The position numbers and the translations under genes were made by a program. Of a stretch of 64,000 nucleotides of DNA, positions 58,973 through 64,000 are shown piece after piece. A model generated the notes under the pieces. It was not told where the DNA came from. It did no database searches and saw nothing but the letters and a program-made list of their open reading frames with translations. The DNA is taken from positions 297,522-361,521 of the forward strand of contig CAZGEA010000001.1 of the NCBI GenBank assembly GCA_964524515.1, written 5' to 3'. The stretch is from an uncultured Gammaproteobacteria bacterium. GTDB taxonomy: Bacteria; Patescibacteriota; Microgenomatia; UBA8517. Within the stretch, counting starts at the first letter, position 1. Each line of letters begins with the position of its first letter.

Positions 58973-60095
58973 CCAAGTTATACATCATGTAGTTATATGG
59001 TAGTACTAAAAATGCTACAACAAACAACAAAACCAAAAAATCATATCTAGCTCCAACAATCTTAACTCCAATTGGTCCAACAGTAGATTGAATAATTAAT
59101 GCTCCAACTGAAGTCAAATTAAATTGCAAAAATTTCGATATTATTTTATTAATTCCAGAAATTTTATTATCTTTAAATGTCCAGAAATTGTTAAATGTAA
59201 AATTTGAAACTATTGCAATCTCAGTTGATAAAAGCCATGAAGCAATCTCAGAAAAATTAAGCCCTCTAAATACTCTTAAAAAGATAAAGTTAACCAAAAA
59301 TCCCACAAACCCAACTGTAGCAAATTTTATAAATTTCATTTTATCTTTAATTCCCAAAATAATTGCAACTTTAAAAGTTGAGGTCATTTCATTTGGATTA
59401 AATTTCGACTTTTCTCTTTTTCGCGCCGCAAATTCCAATGGAACTTCAACTACCTTTTTACTATTTTTAATAGATTGATACAGCAAATCAACCTTGTAGG
59501 CAAAACGCTTTAGTTCCATTAAATTATCAAGATCAATTTTATCCAAAACACCATTTACTCTTGTTAATCTAAAGCCAGTAGTTAAATCGTGAATTGAAGG
59601 TTTAAGTAAAACCATTCTTATAAACAAATTCCCAAAAAAACTAATTGCTTTTCGGCTAATTGCCCAGTCAGCAGGAACAGAGCCACCTTTAATATATCTT
59701 GAACCAATCACATAATCTGCTCCATTTAAATATGCTTGAACCATTGGTGGAACAAATCGTGGTGGATGTTGAAAATCAGCATCCATTTCCATAACTGCAT
59801 CTGCATGTATTTCACCAATTGCATATTTCATTCCACGAACATATGCCATCCCCAGTCCTGCTTTTTCTCCTTGTAATAAATAAATCTTTTTTTGCTTAGA
59901 ATTAAACTTTTTCATATATTTTTTAACAATATCTCCGGTTCCATCAGGTGAGTTATCATCAACTACAAGAAGCTTCATGTCAGCATTAATTTTTGGAAAC
60001 TCTTCCAAAACTAATTTTTCTATCATTAAAGAAATGTTTTCTTTTTCGTTGTATGTGGGAATTATTACAACGACTCTATCTTTTGAAGTATTCAT
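58941..60095 (-). CDS. polyprenol-phosphate sugar synthase (DPM1/GtrB-type GT2) fused to C-terminal GtrA-like membrane domain
   Basis: VVVIIPTYNEKENI...LLVVDDNSPDGT has the DxD region. It is followed by the MEMDADFQHPP region. The C-terminal ~120 aa have 4 TM helices with a GtrA-like FATVGFVGFLVNF...FTFNNFWTF pattern. Confidence 0.8.
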   Translation of the reverse strand: MNTSKDRVVVIIPTYNEKENISLMIEKLVLEEFPKINADMKLLVVDDNSPDGTGDIVKKYMKKFNSKQKKIYLLQGEKAGLGMAYVRGMKYAIGEIHADAVMEMDADFQHPPRFVPPMVQAYLNGADYVIGSRYIKGGSVPADWAISRKAISFFGNLFIRMVLLKPSIHDLTTGFRLTRVNGVLDKIDLDNLMELKRFAYKVDLLYQSIKNSKKVVEVPLEFAARKREKSKFNPNEMTSTFKVAIILGIKDKMKFIKFATVGFVGFLVNFIFLRVFRGLNFSEIASWLLSTEIAIVSNFTFNNFWTFKDNKISGINKIISKFLQFNLTSVGALIIQSTVGPIGVKIVGARYDFLVLLFVVAFLVLPYNYMMYNLVIWKGSKQKK

Positions 60096-60099
60096 ATTT

Positions 60100-60663
60100 T
60101 TAATTTAATTTCATTTCACCCAAAGCAGGAAGATAAAACAAATAAGCTGCCACACCTATAAAAACCAATGTTAAAATAAGTCTTGGTAAAAATACAACAA
60201 GAAGTGCTTTTTTACGATTAAATCCGTGCAACACTTCAGTTCCACGAATAAATATAACCAATTCATAAATCCATCCAATAAAAGAAATTGCAGGAAAAAA
60301 CCCAAGCAATAAAGTTGGAGTTTGTGAATAAACAATCAATTGATATGTATTTTTAAAATCCCCTTTACCTTTAAATAACTTTATCCAAAAGTGAGTAATC
60401 CTTGCAATTACAAAACTAAATATAATTCCAAAAATATAAGTAACTACATAAAAAGCTCCATTCTGTAAATTCAGCGATGCCACAGCATTTGTCTTTGGAA
60501 ACAAATAAGTAATAAGTACATAAATAATAAGATTAATTAAAGATAAAACTGCATAAAAACTAACTGCAAGTTTTATATTTTTTTCTTTCTTTAAATCAGC
60601 AAATGCTTTGCCAGGAGTTAAAACAATAAACTTAATTTTATTAATTAATTCATTAATTGTCAT
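60100..60663 (-). CDS. small polytopic membrane protein (Yip1/DUF1282-like), unknown
   Basis: 187 aa with about 5 TM helices. I see no catalytic motif. Confidence 0.4.
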   Translation of the reverse strand: MTINELINKIKFIVLTPGKAFADLKKEKNIKLAVSFYAVLSLINLIIYVLITYLFPKTNAVASLNLQNGAFYVVTYIFGIIFSFVIARITHFWIKLFKGKGDFKNTYQLIVYSQTPTLLLGFFPAISFIGWIYELVIFIRGTEVLHGFNRKKALLVVFLPRLILTLVFIGVAAYLFYLPALGEMKLN

Positions 60664-60690
60664 AAAATATTATATAATCTTAAAGCTATA

Positions 60691-61392
60691 ATGAAAATAG
60701 ACATAATTACACTCTTTCCCCATATGTTTGAAGGAATCTTTAATCATTCAATTATTGGTCGCGCAAAAGAGAAAAACTTAGTTAATATTGAAATTCACGA
60801 TCTTCGACAATTCGGCATTGATGAGAGAAAAACAGTTGATGACAGGCCATATGGTGGTGGAGTAGGTATGATTTTAATGATTGAACCGATTGATAAAATT
60901 CTTAAATCACTTGATTTAAAACCAAATACACCAAATCAAAAAATAATATTAACTTCCGCTTCAGGCAAAATTTACAAACAACAAACTGCAAAAGAATATT
61001 CATCTCTTGAGAGGCTAACAATAATTTGCGGCAGATATGAAGGAGTTGATGAAAGAGTTACAAATTTAATTGATGATCAAATCTGCATTGGTGATTTTGT
61101 ATTAACTGGTGGCGAAATTGCATCAATGGCAATAACAGATTCGGTTACAAGATTAATTCCAGGTGTTTTAGAAAAAGAAGGTGCCACTGAATTGGAATCA
61201 TTTACCAATCCTCAACTATTAGAAGAACCAAAATACACTCGTCCAGAAAACTATAATGGTCTCTTGGTTCCAGAAATTCTTTTATCAGGAAACCATGCAA
61301 AAATCGAAGAATGGAAAAAAGAAGAATCTCTTAAAATAACTAAAAAAAACAGACCAGACTTATCCGTTGCAAATAAAAAAATTTTACAATAA
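60691..61392 (+). CDS. trmD: tRNA (guanine37-N1)-methyltransferase
   Basis: MKIDIITLFPHMFEG...RPYGGGVGMILMIEP...ICGRYEGVDERV...GDFVLTGGE carries hallmark TrmD blocks across its full length. Confidence 0.9.
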   Translation: MKIDIITLFPHMFEGIFNHSIIGRAKEKNLVNIEIHDLRQFGIDERKTVDDRPYGGGVGMILMIEPIDKILKSLDLKPNTPNQKIILTSASGKIYKQQTAKEYSSLERLTIICGRYEGVDERVTNLIDDQICIGDFVLTGGEIASMAITDSVTRLIPGVLEKEGATELESFTNPQLLEEPKYTRPENYNGLLVPEILLSGNHAKIEEWKKEESLKITKKNRPDLSVANKKILQ

Positions 61393-61401
61393 AGTTAATA
61401 A

Positions 61402-61734
61402 ATGGAGCAAAATTCAGAAATACCAAAAACTATCATCAATCAGCCAACAGAACCAATTCAGCCTCCAACAACACCATCCCCAGTAGAAACGCTATCCTCA
61501 GCTCCAAAACTAACAGATGTACAAACAAATCCTGGAATGGAAGGCACAACACAAACAATCGACACGGTTAAAAATGAATCAGTAATGCCAAGTGTAATTA
61601 GTAAAGATGTCAATGTAATTAATCCGGCAGATGCAGCTGAAATCCGCAAACAAGCCCAAGCGTTAATTGATGCACAAAACGCAAAAAAACCAAATTTAAT
61701 AGACAAATTTAAGAACTTTTTAAATATAAAATAA
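61402..61734 (+). CDS. hypothetical Pro/Thr-rich low-complexity protein
   Basis: 110 aa, acidic, with PTEPIQPPTTPSPVET repeats and no signal peptide. It starts 10 nt after the trmD stop. Confidence 0.4.
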   Translation: MEQNSEIPKTIINQPTEPIQPPTTPSPVETLSSAPKLTDVQTNPGMEGTTQTIDTVKNESVMPSVISKDVNVINPADAAEIRKQAQALIDAQNAKKPNLIDKFKNFLNIK

Positions 61735-61767
61735 TCAAGATTAAATAAACAAAAAGAAGTCTCCAGT

Positions 61768-62031
61768 TTAAGCTCGCATTATCATAAAAGATAATATTAC
61801 AAATCCAATAATTGATATACAAAAATACTCCAAAAACACTGACCAGCTAAAATCTTTATGAATCATATGGTGTACCACTCCCCAAACTACATATGAAACA
61901 GATGTTGCAGCAGCAATTGCAAATTGAAACTCACGATTATAAGAAAAAAACCAAAAACCTAAAGTTGAAAACAATAGTATTCCCAGAAGTGGAATGAAAT
62001 GAACAATATTTTTTGAAAAATCTTTTATCAT
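61768..62031 (-). CDS. small membrane protein (2-3 TM), unknown
   Basis: 87-aa ORF with a hydrophobic profile. It is convergent with the preceding gene. Confidence 0.4.
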   Translation of the reverse strand: MIKDFSKNIVHFIPLLGILLFSTLGFWFFSYNREFQFAIAAATSVSYVVWGVVHHMIHKDFSWSVFLEYFCISIIGFVILSFMIMRA

Positions 62032-62047
62032 TTTGAAAAATCTCTTA

Positions 62048-62962
62048 TCATATAATATTACCTGCTTTCATGATAACAATAATAGTAACTATCATTCCAA
62101 AAAAAGATAAATGTGCAAAAGCACGTCCTGATATTCTTGGAATCTTTTGCTTCCAAACTATAAATGCATCAATAAATATAATTGACCCTAAAACCACAGT
62201 TAACAAAAGTGATCCATATTTAGTTGCATCAAAACTGCTAACTTGTTGTGATTTTCCATCAAACGCCAATGCTGCACCTGAAACAACAGGAGCTGGACTT
62301 ACTGCTAATTGATTTTCAACAACTTGCTTTCCTGGTGCAACATCAGATGCTGAAACTGTAGTTATAGATTTTGAAGTATCAGAAAGTTTAGTTCCAAAAA
62401 GCTGCACTACAATAGTAGTATCGTGCCCTAACAAATCTCCTTCAATTACAGCGATTCCAATTTCTTTATAACGAGTAGATAACAAATTTTCCCTATGAGA
62501 TGATGAGCTCATCCAAGCATCAACTGTAGATTTTGGATCACGAAAATCACGCGCCAAATTCTCGCCCGCATATTTATATTTATAGCCTTGATCTGCAAAA
62601 AACTTCCAAGGCTGTGTACCATCCGGTGCCACATGAGACCAATAATCACGATTAATCATATCTGTTGCCTTTGCCTGTGCTGCTTTTGTTAATTGTTCAC
62701 TATACGAAAGCTGAGTTAATCCAGCTTCTTTTCTTTTTTGATTTGTTAAATTTATTACATCACTTGGAGAAATATTTGCAGCATACCCCAAAACAGACAC
62801 AGGATGAGTGGATAATGTCGATACAAAAATCTGATAAACAAAAATACCAATCAATAAAACCAATAAAGATTTACTATGAAGTATCTTTGCTTTATGGTTA
62901 TTTGATTCTCGTGGAATAAATAAATGCAAAATTTGATTTAGGGCAAGTTCCATAACTATCAA
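62048..62962 (-). CDS. CAP/SCP/PR-1 domain protein (YkwD-like) with N- and C-terminal TM anchors
   Basis: The central region NQKRKEAGL...AQAKATDM...WSHVAPDG...YAGENLAR...VDAWMSSSSHRENLL...IGIAV fits the CAP domain signature. Confidence 0.6.
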   Translation of the reverse strand: MIVMELALNQILHLFIPRESNNHKAKILHSKSLLVLLIGIFVYQIFVSTLSTHPVSVLGYAANISPSDVINLTNQKRKEAGLTQLSYSEQLTKAAQAKATDMINRDYWSHVAPDGTQPWKFFADQGYKYKYAGENLARDFRDPKSTVDAWMSSSSHRENLLSTRYKEIGIAVIEGDLLGHDTTIVVQLFGTKLSDTSKSITTVSASDVAPGKQVVENQLAVSPAPVVSGAALAFDGKSQQVSSFDATKYGSLLLTVVLGSIIFIDAFIVWKQKIPRISGRAFAHLSFFGMIVTIIVIMKAGNII

Positions 62963-62983
62963 TAATATTAACTATATGTTGAG

Positions 62984-64000
62984 CTATCGTCTAGTAGGAG
63001 AGACCCAAGGTCCAGAAATTTTCAAAAACATTGATTGATAGAATCCTTTAATAAGCGAGGCAATACTAACAAACTGTACAAACCACAAAAATGGCCCAAA
63101 GAATATTAAATAAAATTTCTTTATCCAAAAATTTTGAATTGCAGCAAATCCCCACAGAAGTAAAAAATCAATACTAATTAAATAAAAAACAATTTTTCTA
63201 TCAATCAAAAAACTTAAAAAATTAGAATGACTCCCAGGAAAAAGTGAATATAAAAACAAAGCCATCAAGAAAAATAAATATATGGAATGCACTAAATCAA
63301 TTGTAAAAAATAAAATAATTGCGATATCAAATGCCTGAAATTTAAATGGCACTTTATGCTTTTTAACAGTTTGGAAAAAACCTAATTGCCATCTCGTACA
63401 CTGCTTGAAATAATCAAAAAAATTATCTGGATCCTGAGTTACAACTTCAGCTTTCGGTTCATAAACTATTGAACCTAATTTCTTTCTATGAATTTGAAAT
63501 GTCATATCAAAATCTTCAATTATTATATCTTTATCAAATTCAATTTTTGCCAAAACCGATGATTTATAAATACTTGAAGTTCCAGGGGCGATCATCACTG
63601 CATTAACAGTAGAACTCAGTCTCTTGTATATATTCTGCCAAATAAAATACATCACAGATCTATATACAACAAAAATGTTTGCTTTTTCTTGACTCATCAC
63701 CTGACCACATACAACAGCTGTATTTTTATTCTTTTCAAATCTCGAAAGTATTAAATTAAAAAAATTAGCTTTAGGGTAAGTGTCAGCATCCAAAACTAAA
63801 ACATATTTATATTTAGTCAAAATCTTATAATGCTTTATTGCTTTTTTTAAACTATTTATTTTCCCAATGTTTCTTTTATTGCGAAGTAAATTTACACCAA
63901 ATTTTTTACAAATCTTATCTGTATTGTCCCCCGATGCATCAGAAACAATAAAAATATCCTTTCGATGAATATCATTTTTAAGTGATGCTAAAGTTTTAGA
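62984..64000 (-). CDS. processive-type GT2 glycosyltransferase (QxxRW motif; cellulose/chitin-synthase-like), partial - N-terminus beyond window end
   Basis: The ORF-track ORF starts at a TTG, but the frame stays open upstream to position 64000 (translated manually: ...DIFIVSDASGDNTDKI...LDADT). The downstream part has QCTRWQLG (QxxRW) and about 4 C-terminal TM helices. Confidence 0.75.
   Translation of the reverse strand, partial: SKTLASLKNDIHRKDIFIVSDASGDNTDKICKKFGVNLLRNKRNIGKINSLKKAIKHYKILTKYKYVLVLDADTYPKANFFNLILSRFEKNKNTAVVCGQVMSQEKANIFVVYRSVMYFIWQNIYKRLSSTVNAVMIAPGTSSIYKSSVLAKIEFDKDIIIEDFDMTFQIHRKKLGSIVYEPKAEVVTQDPDNFFDYFKQCTRWQLGFFQTVKKHKVPFKFQAFDIAIILFFTIDLVHSIYLFFLMALFLYSLFPGSHSNFLSFLIDRKIVFYLISIDFLLLWGFAAIQNFWIKKFYLIFFGPFLWFVQFVSIASLIKGFYQSMFLKISGPWVSPTRR

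Noticed and set aside
59188-59478. 96-aa plus-strand ORF inside the DPM-synthase/GtrA fusion gene
   Set aside because: It is antisense to a CDS with canonical GT2 motifs. It is probably a chance ORF, although it is the longest antisense ORF in the window.
61402-61734. Could the ORF after trmD be ribosomal protein L19 (rplS), as in the canonical operon?
   Set aside because: The translation is acidic, Pro/Thr-rich low-complexity, and lacks any resemblance to the basic, conserved L19 sequence.
1-64000. CRISPR arrays, tRNA/rRNA genes, transposases, integrases, alternative genetic code
   Set aside because: I searched by eye and found no direct-repeat/spacer periodicity and no GC-rich structured RNA islands in the very few gaps. 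No DDE/tyrosine recombinase-like ORFs are present. All long ORFs end at standard stops with no in-frame TGA.

Overview
This window is AT-rich and extremely gene-dense. I count about 57 CDS, most of them overlapping by a few nt or separated by less than 30 bp, with a single intergenic gap of about 120 bp at 14102-14221. No rRNA, tRNA, CRISPR array, transposase or integrase is recognisable. All long ORFs end at canonical stops, so the standard bacterial code applies and there is no sign of UGA recoding. trmD, an NrnA-type DHH phosphoesterase and a CAP-domain protein point to a bacterium. The gene density, the short bidirectional promoter gaps and the membrane glycosyltransferase paralog expansions fit a CPR/Patescibacteria-like streamlined genome; this is an inference, not a measurement. 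Almost everything from 1 to about 60.1 kb reads as one glycan or glycoconjugate assembly super-locus. It contains at least 18 multi-pass membrane proteins, of which 9 are confidently GT-C enzymes: 4 PMT-like GT39 paralogs in near-tandem and 5 ArnT-like GT83 paralogs. It also has 2 PIG-V-like proteins, 5 polyprenol-phosphate sugar synthases (DPM1/GtrB/ArnC-like GT2), 10 soluble GT2 and 4 GT4 enzymes, 2 Wzx/MOP-type flippases and a DedA-family protein. Sugar-nucleotide tailoring is represented by a CapD/PglF-like 4,6-dehydratase and 2 epimerase/reductases. Four class-I SAM methyltransferases, a B12-binding radical SAM enzyme and a polysaccharide-deacetylase-like protein are also present. The right end carries trmD, which is not in its usual rpsP-rimM-trmD-rplS context, several small unknown proteins, a CAP-domain membrane protein, and a partial processive (QxxRW) GT2 that runs off the window. 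Genes 21304-57576 form a 36-kb uninterrupted minus-strand run. Functional calls come from motif-level reading of the translated ORFs; no database search was run.
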